Below, one piece after another: positions 42,251-51,910 of a stretch of 55,623 bases of DNA (positions within the stretch are counted from its first letter, which is position 1; the number at the start of each line of letters is the position of its first letter). Source of the stretch: Planctomycetota bacterium (GTDB lineage Bacteria > Planctomycetota > Planctomycetia > JALXBF01); the NCBI GenBank assembly GCA_026991575.1, contig JALXBF010000106.1:1-55623 (forward strand). Direction: 5' to 3'. The notes below the pieces were generated by a model. That model saw nothing but the letters and a program-made list of their open reading frames with translations, did not search any database and was not told where the DNA came from. A program made the position numbers and the translations under genes.

Positions 42251-42968
42251 CTTCCTCGGCTGGCTCCAGGCGGGTCATTCCATAGCAAGGTGCGCCTGGG
42301 TGCCCGGGGTGTACGCGCCGCAAGCGACTTCGCGCCACGCTTATCGCCCTTCGCAGCCTGGAGACCGACAGGCTCGGTGTGTGCTGCGCGCGTAAGGGAA
42401 GAGCAACTCGAAGAACAGCACACCGAAGGAGCTCACCCACATCAGTCCTCAGAGCAGCGGTTGCCCTATGGGCTGGTGAGGTCGCCGTCGCCATCAGAGA
42501 TCCGGATCTGTCCGAGCTGCCACCGTTCTTAGGTCCACCACGGGAGCCGCCCGAGGGAGCGTGTCCTGTGACGAGCGCCGTTTCGCAAGATCCGGCCACC
42601 CCCGGAAGGAACGCTACGCGGCTCCGACGGAACGCCTCCATCACCCGAAAAGGTCGACGTGCCACACACAGTCACACGCAACGCCACCACATCCATGCTT
42701 GCCAACGGCTGACGTAGGTTCGCTCACTGCGGCGGCGAGTCGGGGACTGGCTCCAGCCGGCACTCCACGTAAAGCCTTTTCCCCGTGTCCATCCGGCATC
42801 TCCCTGGTACACCGCCCCTCAACGCTGACCGGTATACGTTCTCCTAAGATGCTCCTCCTGTGGCAGGCCATGTCACCCTTCAGCTGCTACGGTCCGAGCG
42901 CATCCGCTCTGGGGGCCGGATCCCCTCGGGAGAGCTATCGCGAGTATCTACGGCGAATTTCCGGGCAG

Positions 42969-44189
42969 TTAGAAGTCCAGAGAGTTGCCGGTGCCGCGCT
43001 CCAGCCGAAATGCTCGATGGCACTGATTGCAGATGCGATTGAGCTGCGAGACTGCCTTGCGCGCCTGATCGCGGTCCTTCCGCCGGCTTGCCTCGGCAGC
43101 CTTCAGTGCCCACTGCTCCATGTCGCGTGCGTACTTCACATACGTTGGCTCGTTGCTCCGGTAGAAGGAGGAAACGCGCGACAGGATGGCCAGCAGCTTC
43201 GCTTCGTGTGCAAAGAGGTAGTTGTCCTTGTCGAACGTGGGGGTGTTTACCCCCCCGCGAATCCGCTTGAACCCGGTCTCAATCCGAGCCATCAGATCTC
43301 CCAGCGACGCCACGTCCTCCCACGTCACGGGCTCGCCAGCCTCCCCGCTACTCTGGCCGGACAGAAGCGCAGCAGCCTCCTCGTAAGCCATTTTGGCCTC
43401 CTCATAGTTTTCCGCCGATCGTTCCGAAGCGGCGAGCTGCAGATCCATGGCAAGCTCAGCCAGCGTGCGTGCCACGCGACGCAGCTTCCGATCCGCATCT
43501 GGATGTTCCTGAAGAATCACGGCCAAGATGCCGAGCACGGCGGCGTCGCCTTCGAGCTCCCGGAAGTACCGGTCGAAGTCTTTCCGCGTGCGCAGCTTCA
43601 GCTCCACCTGCTCCAGCAGGAACTGCAGCTCCTGGCGAAGCTCCTCAACCGAGATGTAGTCCTTCCAATCGACCGTTTGCTCACGGCCGTCTGCAGCCTC
43701 TTCGGCCGGCACGTCACCCTTCTCCGTTCCGTTCCTCTGTACCGACTCGCCGGCAGAGGCCACCGGTTCAGTGGCGGCACGATCGGCGTCGCCAGGAAGC
43801 TGCGGAGTCGGTTCTGGCGACGTGGGTTGGCGGTGCCGGCGGAGAATGATCCGCGGAATCTTACGTCGGCGCTTCGCAGGCTTCGCCGCGGCATCCGAAC
43901 CGCTACGTTTGGTAGCCCCCGCCGTCTTTGAACCGCCACGCCCTGGTCGGTCCGAACTGGCGGACTTGGCAGGCCGAGCCTTCGGCCGTTTTGATTCCCG
44001 GGCGTGGGCAGTCCCTGTGGCACCGGCTCCCGTGTCCCGCTGCTGAGAACTGTTCGTCTCACCCCGGGCAAGCATCCGATCGAGCTCAGGGGGCCGGCGG
44101 TAACAAGCAGCCAGCATCAGGCACACCAGCGCCGTCACCGCCAGGGCCAGCGTACCTAACGGCAGCCGCCATTCGGTGGTTCGCTTCAT
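42969..44189 (-). CDS. Putative lipoprotein with C-terminal cytochrome c' (class II) heme motif
   Basis: Lipobox LAAC, long basic/low-complexity linker, two helical domains, C-terminal CNQCHRAFR; GGGAGG RBS. Confidence 0.65.
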   Translation of the reverse strand: MKRTTEWRLPLGTLALAVTALVCLMLAACYRRPPELDRMLARGETNSSQQRDTGAGATGTAHARESKRPKARPAKSASSDRPGRGGSKTAGATKRSGSDAAAKPAKRRRKIPRIILRRHRQPTSPEPTPQLPGDADRAATEPVASAGESVQRNGTEKGDVPAEEAADGREQTVDWKDYISVEELRQELQFLLEQVELKLRTRKDFDRYFRELEGDAAVLGILAVILQEHPDADRKLRRVARTLAELAMDLQLAASERSAENYEEAKMAYEEAAALLSGQSSGEAGEPVTWEDVASLGDLMARIETGFKRIRGGVNTPTFDKDNYLFAHEAKLLAILSRVSSFYRSNEPTYVKYARDMEQWALKAAEASRRKDRDQARKAVSQLNRICNQCHRAFRLERGTGNSLDF

Positions 44190-44306
44190 CGCCGCAGAAG
44201 CCTCCCCGGCTGTGAGCGCAACCCGGCGCGCCAGGCCAGGCCACAGCCGCTGATCAAGGCCGAGGCTGTCGCATGTGACCCGCTGCGGCGCCGCGGCAGC
44301 GGCGGG

Positions 44307-44438
44307 CTACTCAATGGGACCGTAGCGATCCCAGGTGCGACCAGGCATTGGCCGACGGAATCGCCCTTTGCGTCCACGGCGGCGCACTCCCTTCTTCGGC
44401 AACATAACGATCGTCCGGCGTCGTTTTCTCTTGGCCAT
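44307..44438 (-). CDS. Small Arg/Lys-rich hypothetical protein (43 aa)
   Basis: MAKRKRRRTIVMLPKKGVRRRGRKGRFRRPMPGRTWDRYGPIE; GGAG 6 nt upstream of ATG; GC hairpin after the stop. Confidence 0.5.
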   Translation of the reverse strand: MAKRKRRRTIVMLPKKGVRRRGRKGRFRRPMPGRTWDRYGPIE

Positions 44439-44714
44439 CACAAGCTCCGGATACTCAGCCACGGAATCAGGATTCCGACGTACATCGTAATGATTGTGGT
44501 GGCAACGACCGGGGACAACCGGTTCGCCGCGTGCCGGTTGGGACAGCAGCAGCAGTCGACGGCAGTGGCTGCTGGCACGTGTGTGTCGCCAGCTGGATCC
44601 GAAGCCGCTCGCACGGGCGTCTTTCGGGCCCCCCTGACGACGGCGCAAGTTCCGGGCCCCGGAGTAACGCTTCTCACCGGGAGCCGTTCGCAGCAATCGC
44701 CGCCCGCAACGGCT

Positions 44715-46421
44715 GTGGATTTCCTCACGGTTAAGCAAGCAATCAGCTGGATTGGTCGCGCCGCTCGATGGTTCGCGGTGCCGCTGGCCGTGGCGCCACT
44801 GTTCTTCCTGTCGCTGGGAAGCACGCCGCTGTGGCAAGATGAGGCGCAGACGGCCCTGCTGGCGCGTCAGATTCGGCAGCATGGCGTGCCTCTGGTCGGA
44901 ACCGGCCACCAGAGCGCCTCGGCCCTGGCCGGTCGAGATATTGGCGCCCAGGGGCTGTTCGTCCACATTCCCCCGATGCAAGCATACCTGACGGCTGCTG
45001 CGTTTGAGGTATTTGGCGAAACGTCCTGGTCGGCGCGGCTGCCGTTTGCTCTGGCCGGATGGACCTGCGTGCTCTGCGTGCCATGGGCCATGCGGCGGGC
45101 AAGCAACACCGAGAAGGCCGTTGCCCAACTCGTGCTGGGCACACACGTGCCGTTTCTGCTGTACAGCAGACAGTGCCGCTACTACAGCGTTGCCGCCTTG
45201 GGGATCTTGCTGGCCTGTGGCGCAGCCCACGCGGTGGCCCAGGCGCACCGGGACGGCATGCGGCCGCGAACTGCCGACCTGATGATCGCCTGGGCCGGGC
45301 TAACGATTACGGCGCTAAGTTTCGAGTTTTCGTTTCTCGCCGCCGTGACGGCCGTCGTGAGCGCGCTGGTGGTCGGCGTCGCGGTCAACCCCCGCCTGGT
45401 CATCGCAGACCTGCGCCGGCTGCTAGCGGTTCTCGGCCCGCCCGTAGTCCTCTTCCTGGGCTGGCTTGCTCTCGCAAGAACCGCGCCGTCCCGCCGGCTC
45501 GGCCAGGGGTTCAACGACAGCGCACCGGACGTGCCATGGTTTTTCCTCGGGCAACTAAACGCCTATGGAATCCCCCTGCTGCTTCTGGCCGGTCTCCAGG
45601 CGGCGACGCTCGTCCGCGGCCTGTTGCGACGATCCCGGCTGGATGGCGTGGGGGAAGCCGCCGCATTCATGGCGCTGACATGCCTTGTCATGGCGGTGCA
45701 CACGACCGCAGCGACCTACACAACGCACCGTTTCTTTCGCTATGTCGTACCGCTCGTGCCCGTGGCGGTGGCGGCTGCCGTTGTTGCCGTGCAATGGGTC
45801 GGGCGGGTTTGGTCGCCGCGCCGACCATGGCTGGTAACCGTCCCGCTCTGGCTGATGTTGGTTACCGGCCTGTGGGCTCCCCGGCGGTCGTCCGACGGAG
45901 AAGCACTTTGGCCGTGGGACGCCGCGCTGGAGCGTGTCACGGCAGTGCGGTGGAGCCGCCGCAATGACGTGCACCTGGGGAGCTTCCTGGCCGAGCTGGC
46001 CTCCCCACCACGAGGCCCGGTTGCTGCGGTGATCGACTACCTGAACCGGCACGCAAAGCCGGGTGACGTGGTCGTCGCCGAGTATGGCGAAAAGCCGTTG
46101 AAGTTTCACACGCAGTGCCGGATCTACGGTGGCGAGACGGCTCAGTTACCGACCAGAGCACCGCAGTGGTTGTGGCGGCGGCATTTTCCGTCGCTGTGGT
46201 GGGAAGTGAAGCAGACGCGTCAGTGGGTGGAGGCTCAGCTCCGGTCGGGCCGGTGGCAGAAGATCATCCTCCACGGTACCGCCGACTCGCTCTGGGAAAA
46301 CCGACCGGACCCAGAGGTGCACATCTTCAGCAACCGGGCACGGTCCGGTCCGCCCGTCGTGCTCTGGCGGCGTGTCGCCGAGACGCGACGTGGTACGCCG
46401 CAGCGCAAGAGGCCGCGTTAG
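44715..46421 (+). CDS. ArnT/PMT-like (GT39/GT83) membrane glycosyltransferase
   Basis: PLWQDEAQTALLAR (DE motif), FGET.WSARLPFAL, YSRQCRYY, FFRYVVPL.P and many TM helices. Start uncertain (ORF open from 44490). Confidence 0.75.
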   Translation: MDFLTVKQAISWIGRAARWFAVPLAVAPLFFLSLGSTPLWQDEAQTALLARQIRQHGVPLVGTGHQSASALAGRDIGAQGLFVHIPPMQAYLTAAAFEVFGETSWSARLPFALAGWTCVLCVPWAMRRASNTEKAVAQLVLGTHVPFLLYSRQCRYYSVAALGILLACGAAHAVAQAHRDGMRPRTADLMIAWAGLTITALSFEFSFLAAVTAVVSALVVGVAVNPRLVIADLRRLLAVLGPPVVLFLGWLALARTAPSRRLGQGFNDSAPDVPWFFLGQLNAYGIPLLLLAGLQAATLVRGLLRRSRLDGVGEAAAFMALTCLVMAVHTTAATYTTHRFFRYVVPLVPVAVAAAVVAVQWVGRVWSPRRPWLVTVPLWLMLVTGLWAPRRSSDGEALWPWDAALERVTAVRWSRRNDVHLGSFLAELASPPRGPVAAVIDYLNRHAKPGDVVVAEYGEKPLKFHTQCRIYGGETAQLPTRAPQWLWRRHFPSLWWEVKQTRQWVEAQLRSGRWQKIILHGTADSLWENRPDPEVHIFSNRARSGPPVVLWRRVAETRRGTPQRKRPR

Positions 46422-46482
46422 CGGCGGGCCTGGCAGGCAGTGGGGGAAGTGGGTCGTGGGCAGGTTGGCGCGCGTCCGGGAC

Positions 46483-46511
46483 TTGAACCTGGCAACGGGC
46501 CGGCCTAGAAT
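46483..46511 (+). promoter_or_regulatory. Sigma-70 promoter of feoAB
   Basis: TTGAAC-N17-TAGAAT. Confidence 0.65.
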
Positions 46512-46520
46512 TGGACGGAA

Positions 46521-46539
46521 AGTGATACTGAGTCTCATT
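46521..46539. promoter_or_regulatory. Fur-box-like operator upstream of feoA
   Basis: AGTGATACT-G-AGTCTCATT, an imperfect 9-1-9 palindrome resembling AATGATAAT-N-ATTATCATT, just downstream of the -10. Confidence 0.65.
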
Positions 46540-46576
46540 AGCAGGAAGGGTGAGCTGCGCCGGAGAGGACGCACCG

Positions 46577-46819
46577 ATGACACGGCTATCGCACCTGGCG
46601 GTCGGCGACCAGGCAGAAGTGCTCGACGTGCTCGGCGACGACGCTCTGGCCGGTCGACTCATGGAAATGGGCCTCACGCCCGGCGCCCAGGTCAGGCTCA
46701 TCGGCAAAGCCCCGTGGGGCGACCCGCTGGAGTTCCAGGTCCGCGGGTACCGGTTGAGCCTGCGACGAAGCGAAGCTGAGCGCGTCTGCATCCGGACCCT
46801 GGCCACCGCCTCCCGCTAA
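46577..46819 (+). CDS. feoA: Ferrous iron transport protein A
   Basis: RLMEMGLTPG...APWGDPLE.QVRGYRLSLRRSEA; GAGAGGA RBS. Confidence 0.95.
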   Translation: MTRLSHLAVGDQAEVLDVLGDDALAGRLMEMGLTPGAQVRLIGKAPWGDPLEFQVRGYRLSLRRSEAERVCIRTLATASR

Positions 46820-46835
46820 CCCGCACGCCTGTGCC

Positions 46836-49103
46836 ATGCCGCCCGATTCCGCCGCCTCCACAGCGCACCGTACCATCCACGTCGCCCTGATCGGCAACCC
46901 CAACACGGGCAAGTCCACTCTGTTCAACGCCCTGGCCGGCCTGCGCCAACGTGTCGGCAACTACCCGGGAGTCACCGTTGAGAAGCGCGTCGGCTATTTT
47001 GAGCATGAGTCTCAACAGTTCGCACTCGTTGACCTGCCCGGCACCTACTCGCTCTCGCCCCGCTCACCCGACGAACTGCTTGTCTTCGAGCTGCTGCTGG
47101 GCAAACTCCCCGACCAACCGGCCCCGGACGTCATCCTCTGCATCGTCGACGCGTCGAACCTGGAGCGCAACCTCTACCTTGTCAGCCAGCTGCTAGAACT
47201 CGGCAAACCGATCGTAATTGCCTTAAACATGATGGACTTGGCCGAGCAGGCCGGCTGGCAAATCAACATCGAACAGCTCCAGCAGCGGCTTGGCGTGCCC
47301 GTCGTGCCGATCCAGGCGCACCGCCGCATCGGCCTGGACAAACTCAAACAGGAACTGCTCAACGCAGTGCACCAACCTGCGCCACCGTGCCCGGCCGTTT
47401 TCCCCGACGTGGTCGACCGGCTCGCCACCGAATTGCAGCGCACTCTCCGCGACACGCTACAGAAGAACGCGGCCTCATCGGCCTCCGCCCGCAACAGCGA
47501 CGGTGAACTGTCACTGTGCCTGGTCCGCCGTCTGCTGCTGGACGTTGGCGGAGCGGTTGAACGAACGCTTCTGCCACCCGACGAAAACACACTCCGGGTT
47601 GTGCGCGAGGCACGCGAGCAACTGAAGGCAGCAGGAGTCCGTCTCAACGCCGTGGAAGCCATCTCACGCTACGACTGGATCCGCAACCTGCTGGACGGCG
47701 CCGTTCGCTATGCCCCACCGTCTGAACTCACCCTCACGGACCGCGTCGACCGAATCCTGACGCATAAGCTCTGGGGTACGCTCGTGCTCGCGGCCGTGAT
47801 GTTGGCCGTCTTCCTGTCCATCTTCCGACTCGCTGAGTGGCCGATGGACTGGATTGACCGGACGATTGCCGGGCTGGGCGAGGCGCTGGCGGCTCGATTG
47901 CCTCAAGGCGCGATCCGGTCGCTGTTGGTCGACGGTGTGATCGCCGGGGTGGGAGCAGTCGTCGTATTCCTGCCTCAAATCATGTTGCTGTTCCTGTTCA
48001 TTGGCATTTTGGAAGACTGCGGTTACATGGCACGCGCGGCGTTCCTCATGGACAAGCTCATGCAGAGCGTGGGCTTGAGCGGCAAGTCGTTCATTCCGTT
48101 GCTGTCCTCGTTTGCCTGCGCCGTGCCCGGCATCATGTCGGCCCGAGTCATCGAGAACCCACGCGACCGACTGGCAACGATTCTGGTCGCGCCGCTGATG
48201 AGCTGCTCGGCTCGCCTGCCGGTCTACACCGTCCTGATCGCGGCGTTCGTACCTACCAACACGGCATTGGGCAGTCTGCTTCCCGGTCTGGTGCTCTTTG
48301 CCATGTACGTGCTCGGCATCGTCGTGGCCGTCGCCGTTGCCTGGGTCCTGAAGCGAACCTTGCTCCGCGGCCAGGGGTCACCGTTCGTCATGGAGTTGCC
48401 TGTTTACAAGGTACCCTCGCCGCAAGTGGTCTTCTTCCGCGTGTTCGACCGCTCGTGGGCCTTCCTGAAGCGGGCTGGCACGATCATCTTCGCCGTCTCG
48501 ATCGTGATCTGGGCCCTGAGCTACTACCCACGCGATCACAAGCTGATCAATAGCTACCAGCAGCGCATCGCAGCACTGACTTCAGCGATGCGGGACAGCC
48601 ATTCAGCGGAGCAGAGCGACAAGCTGGCAGCCCAGATCGAAACTCTCGAGGCAGAGCTACAGGCTGAATTGCTCAAGCGAAGCGTCCTGGGACGGCTGGG
48701 CCGAGCGATCGAACCGATTGTCAGACCGGCCGGCTGGGACTGGCGGATCGGCTGCGCCGTGGTCGCCTCGTTCCCAGCCCGTGAGGTGGTCATCAGTGTG
48801 CTGGGCGTCATCTACGGCGTTGGGGAGGTGGACACCGAAGATGAGAGCTCCGCAGGACGACTGGTAAGCAAACTGCGAAACGCACGATGGGACGACACGG
48901 GGGAACCGGTGTTCAACCTGCCGGTTGCCCTATCCCTAATGGTTTTCTTCGCGCTCTGCGCCCAGTGTGCGTCGACACTGGTCGTGCTGGCCCGCGAAGC
49001 AGGCCACTGGCGGTGGTCGGTATTCACGTTCACGTACATGACCGTGTTGGCTTACCTGGCTGCGGTGGCCACGTACCGCGTCGGCACAATGCTAGGTTGG
49101 TGA
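46836..49103 (+). CDS. feoB: Ferrous iron transport protein B
   Basis: GNPNTGKST, VGNYPGVTVE, DLPGTYSL, LEDCGYMARAAF, CSARLPVY and gate domains. Confidence 0.97.
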   Translation: MPPDSAASTAHRTIHVALIGNPNTGKSTLFNALAGLRQRVGNYPGVTVEKRVGYFEHESQQFALVDLPGTYSLSPRSPDELLVFELLLGKLPDQPAPDVILCIVDASNLERNLYLVSQLLELGKPIVIALNMMDLAEQAGWQINIEQLQQRLGVPVVPIQAHRRIGLDKLKQELLNAVHQPAPPCPAVFPDVVDRLATELQRTLRDTLQKNAASSASARNSDGELSLCLVRRLLLDVGGAVERTLLPPDENTLRVVREAREQLKAAGVRLNAVEAISRYDWIRNLLDGAVRYAPPSELTLTDRVDRILTHKLWGTLVLAAVMLAVFLSIFRLAEWPMDWIDRTIAGLGEALAARLPQGAIRSLLVDGVIAGVGAVVVFLPQIMLLFLFIGILEDCGYMARAAFLMDKLMQSVGLSGKSFIPLLSSFACAVPGIMSARVIENPRDRLATILVAPLMSCSARLPVYTVLIAAFVPTNTALGSLLPGLVLFAMYVLGIVVAVAVAWVLKRTLLRGQGSPFVMELPVYKVPSPQVVFFRVFDRSWAFLKRAGTIIFAVSIVIWALSYYPRDHKLINSYQQRIAALTSAMRDSHSAEQSDKLAAQIETLEAELQAELLKRSVLGRLGRAIEPIVRPAGWDWRIGCAVVASFPAREVVISVLGVIYGVGEVDTEDESSAGRLVSKLRNARWDDTGEPVFNLPVALSLMVFFALCAQCASTLVVLAREAGHWRWSVFTFTYMTVLAYLAAVATYRVGTMLGW

Positions 49104-49119
49104 GCAGAGCGACCCTGTG

Positions 49120-49380
49120 ATGAACTGGCAAGACGTGACTGTCCTGGCCGCAGCAGCGCTTGCGGCCGTATACCTGGTTCGCCGCTTTGTGCGGCGCGGC
49201 GCAGCCTGCGGCGACTGCGCCGCAGCTGCATCCTCTTGCAGCTCCTGCCCCATCCTCACCCCATCGCAGTCCCTTCACCAGCTGTCGAACAGCCCCGCCG
49301 ACAGCAGACAGGCTCCCGGCCACCGCGGACCCGACGCGGGCGCCCCTGCGACAGAGCCGCACGACAACCCAAACACATGA
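49120..49380 (+). CDS. FeoB-associated Cys-rich membrane protein
   Basis: N-terminal TM helix followed by CGDC...CSSCP, directly after feoB. Confidence 0.7.
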   Translation: MNWQDVTVLAAAALAAVYLVRRFVRRGAACGDCAAAASSCSSCPILTPSQSLHQLSNSPADSRQAPGHRGPDAGAPATEPHDNPNT

Positions 49381-49441
49381 CGTCGTTCTGACCCGGTCGA
49401 ACCACGCGGGATCCACAAACCATGGACTGGGCCAGCAGCAG

Positions 49442-50689
49442 TTAGTGCGTGATCCGTTCGGCACGTAGGCAGCGCGAGATCTGCCGGATCGCCTGCCGGA
49501 TACGGTGTTCGTTCTCAACCAGCGCCAGCCTCAGGTAGCCTTCGCCGGCCGGTCCGAAACCGCGCCCCGGCGAAACGGCTACATTGGCTTCCGTCAACAG
49601 CTTGAGCGCAAAGTCGATCGAGCCCATCCGGCTCCGCCAGGGCTCGGGTACCGGCGCCCACACGAACATCGTGGCCTTTGGCGGCGTAACCTCCCAGCCA
49701 ATTCTGCGCAAACCGGCACAGAGTACGTCACGACGTCGCTGGTAGATCGCTCGCTGCCGCTCAACCGCATCCTCACAGTGTCTCAGCGCAATGATCGCCG
49801 CAATCTGAATTGGTGCAAAGATGCCGTAGTCGTAGTAGCCCTTGATCGTCGCCAGCGCCCGCACAATTTCCGCATTGCCGCAGCAGAAGCCCAGCCGCCA
49901 GCCGGCCATGCTGAAGCCTTTCGACATCGTCGTGAACTCAACGCCGACTTCCTTCGCACCAGGCACCGACAAGAAGCTCGGCGCACGGTAGCCATCGAAG
50001 CAGATGTCCGCGTACGCGAAGTCGTGGATCACGTATAGTCCGTAATGCCGCGCCAACCGGACAACGTCTTCAAAGAACGGCTTCTCCACCGTGACAGTCG
50101 TTGGATTGTGCGGGAAGTTGATCACGAGCACCTTGGGCTTCGGATACAGGTGTTCGCAGACGGTCGCGACGTTAGACAGAAAACGCTCCGGGTTGGTCAC
50201 GTCCAACGAAATGACGTTGCCGGCAGCCAGTACCACCCCGTAGACGTGCACCGGATAGGACGGAGCGGGCACGATCGCCGTATCGCCCGGTCCGAGCAAG
50301 GCCAGGCAAATGTGGCTGAACCCCTCCTTAGAACCAATCGTGGCGATGACCTCCGTTTCCGGATCCAGGTGCACGCCGTACAGCCGTTCGTAGCGAGCAG
50401 CAACATCGCGACGCAGGTTGTACAGCCCCCGGCTCGGCGTGTAGCGGTGGTTCCGAGGATCCTGTGCTGCCTGGCACAGCTTCTCGATGATGCGCGGGTC
50501 GGGTGGATCGTTCGGGTTCCCCATGCCCAGATCGATCACATCGTCACCCGCCCGCCGCTTGCGGTACATGAGCTCATTGATCTTGGCAAACAGATAGGGC
50601 GGAAGCCGACGCACACGGGCAGCAACGTTGATCTCAAACGGTTGGTCCCATTCCGCAGGTAGGCTGTCGTCAAACGCGTCGTTCCGCAT
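49442..50689 (-). CDS. Class I/II PLP-dependent aminotransferase (AlaC / LL-diaminopimelate aminotransferase-like)
   Basis: [46 protein letters not shown] and [12 protein letters not shown]. Confidence 0.9.
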   Translation of the reverse strand: MRNDAFDDSLPAEWDQPFEINVAARVRRLPPYLFAKINELMYRKRRAGDDVIDLGMGNPNDPPDPRIIEKLCQAAQDPRNHRYTPSRGLYNLRRDVAARYERLYGVHLDPETEVIATIGSKEGFSHICLALLGPGDTAIVPAPSYPVHVYGVVLAAGNVISLDVTNPERFLSNVATVCEHLYPKPKVLVINFPHNPTTVTVEKPFFEDVVRLARHYGLYVIHDFAYADICFDGYRAPSFLSVPGAKEVGVEFTTMSKGFSMAGWRLGFCCGNAEIVRALATIKGYYDYGIFAPIQIAAIIALRHCEDAVERQRAIYQRRRDVLCAGLRRIGWEVTPPKATMFVWAPVPEPWRSRMGSIDFALKLLTEANVAVSPGRGFGPAGEGYLRLALVENEHRIRQAIRQISRCLRAERITH

Positions 50690-51002
50690 GTTGCAACCTG
50701 CCTCCGCGCGTCATGCTCGTCCGGCGTAAGACCGGCACGCCACCCCCCTCTCAAGAACCCGCTGCCTTACCGCCCCCCCCTCTCTGCGTCACCGGATCCA
50801 CCATCCCCCACGTAGCTCTCGACTTTGGATGTGCTCGATCTAGCACCATCCTGCTGCGACCGGTTCCGCAGCACCCTCCTCCGAATAACTACTCGCTCAG
50901 ACCGGCCGATTGCGACTGAAGAACTTGAGCAATTGTATCGCTTCCAATTGGCCGTCCCCGCAGTCCGGAACGTCGACGTACAGCCTCCCTTTGGAAGCCG
51001 GC

Positions 51003-51884
51003 TCACGCTCCGCCGGCCAGCTCAACGGCCAGCTCCGCAGCCAAGCAGGCATTCGCCACTACCAATGCATAGTTCGTCTGCACCGTTCTCCCCTCGCTCA
51101 GCTCCGCCATGCGGCGAAGCACGAATGGCGTCACGGCGGCACCATCCAAGCCGGCCTGCTTTGCATCGGCCAGCGCTTCGCTGACCCACGCTTCGACCAT
51201 CTCCGGCGGCAAGGCATGCTCCTCTGGAGGCGGCTGCACGATGAGCAGGCCGCCGGGTAGATCGTGCTGACGGTGGGCGTGCCAGATCTCCGCCAACTCC
51301 CGCACACTGGCGACCGACCAACGCAGGGCGATGCCCGTTCTAGCGGTGTAAAAGCCGGGCAGTTCCTCTGTTCCGAACCCGACAACCGGCACGCCCAACG
51401 TCTCCAGCAGCTCATGGGTCGCACGTACGTCCAGCAGGGACTTGATCCCCGAACACACCACGATAACAGGCGTGCGTGCCAGGATCGGGAGGTCGGCTGA
51501 GACATCCGGTAACCGTGCGAAATCACGGTGCACGCCGCCGATGCCGCCAGTTGCTGCGACGCGAATGCCGGCTCTGTGAGCCAGCAGCGCGGTAGTAGCC
51601 ACCGTCGTGGCCGCGTTGGCCCGCCGTGCCGCAAGCAGGGCCAAATCGGCCACCGTTGCTTTTGGCCATGCTCCGCCGTTCTCGCACAGCGGCGCCAGCT
51701 GCTTCGGACTATCCCAGAAAACCGGTGTGCCGCCGGCAATCGCCACAAATCTCGGCTCAGCCTGTCGTTCCCGCACGGCCGCCGCAACGTCACAAGCCAG
51801 CCGGAAATTGTCCGGCCGGGGCATGCCCTGGGCAAAGAGGCTGGTCTCAACGGCCACGCAGGCAGCAGGCTGTGTGCTTGTCAT
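51003..51884 (-). CDS. psuG: Pseudouridine-5'-phosphate glycosidase family protein
   Basis: VAVETS...GMP.P.N, ATTVA.T, ATGGIGGVHR, DVSADL, CSGIKSLLD, T.E.LET.GVPV, VTPF.L. Confidence 0.9.
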   Translation of the reverse strand: MTSTQPAACVAVETSLFAQGMPRPDNFRLACDVAAAVRERQAEPRFVAIAGGTPVFWDSPKQLAPLCENGGAWPKATVADLALLAARRANAATTVATTALLAHRAGIRVAATGGIGGVHRDFARLPDVSADLPILARTPVIVVCSGIKSLLDVRATHELLETLGVPVVGFGTEELPGFYTARTGIALRWSVASVRELAEIWHAHRQHDLPGGLLIVQPPPEEHALPPEMVEAWVSEALADAKQAGLDGAAVTPFVLRRMAELSEGRTVQTNYALVVANACLAAELAVELAGGA

Positions 51885-51910
51885 GTTAGACGTAGCACTC
51901 CTCGGTGGTC

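Noticed and set aside
42390..42470. Glycine riboswitch-like words (GGAAGAG...CACCGAAGGAGC...CTCAG)
   Set aside because: The flanking stems do not pair convincingly, CUCUCAGG is absent, and no downstream gene lies on that strand.
42591..42620. SRP RNA-like CCGGAAGGAA
   Set aside because: The conserved CAGG...AGCA internal loop and long helix are missing.
50812..50892. Assignment of the structured leader to SAM-I or lysine riboswitch (GGTGCTAGAT, GAGAGCTAC words)
   Set aside because: It lacks the AUC/GAU P1 core and GCAACC of SAM-I, and is far too short for a lysine aptamer. Kept only as an unassigned structure.
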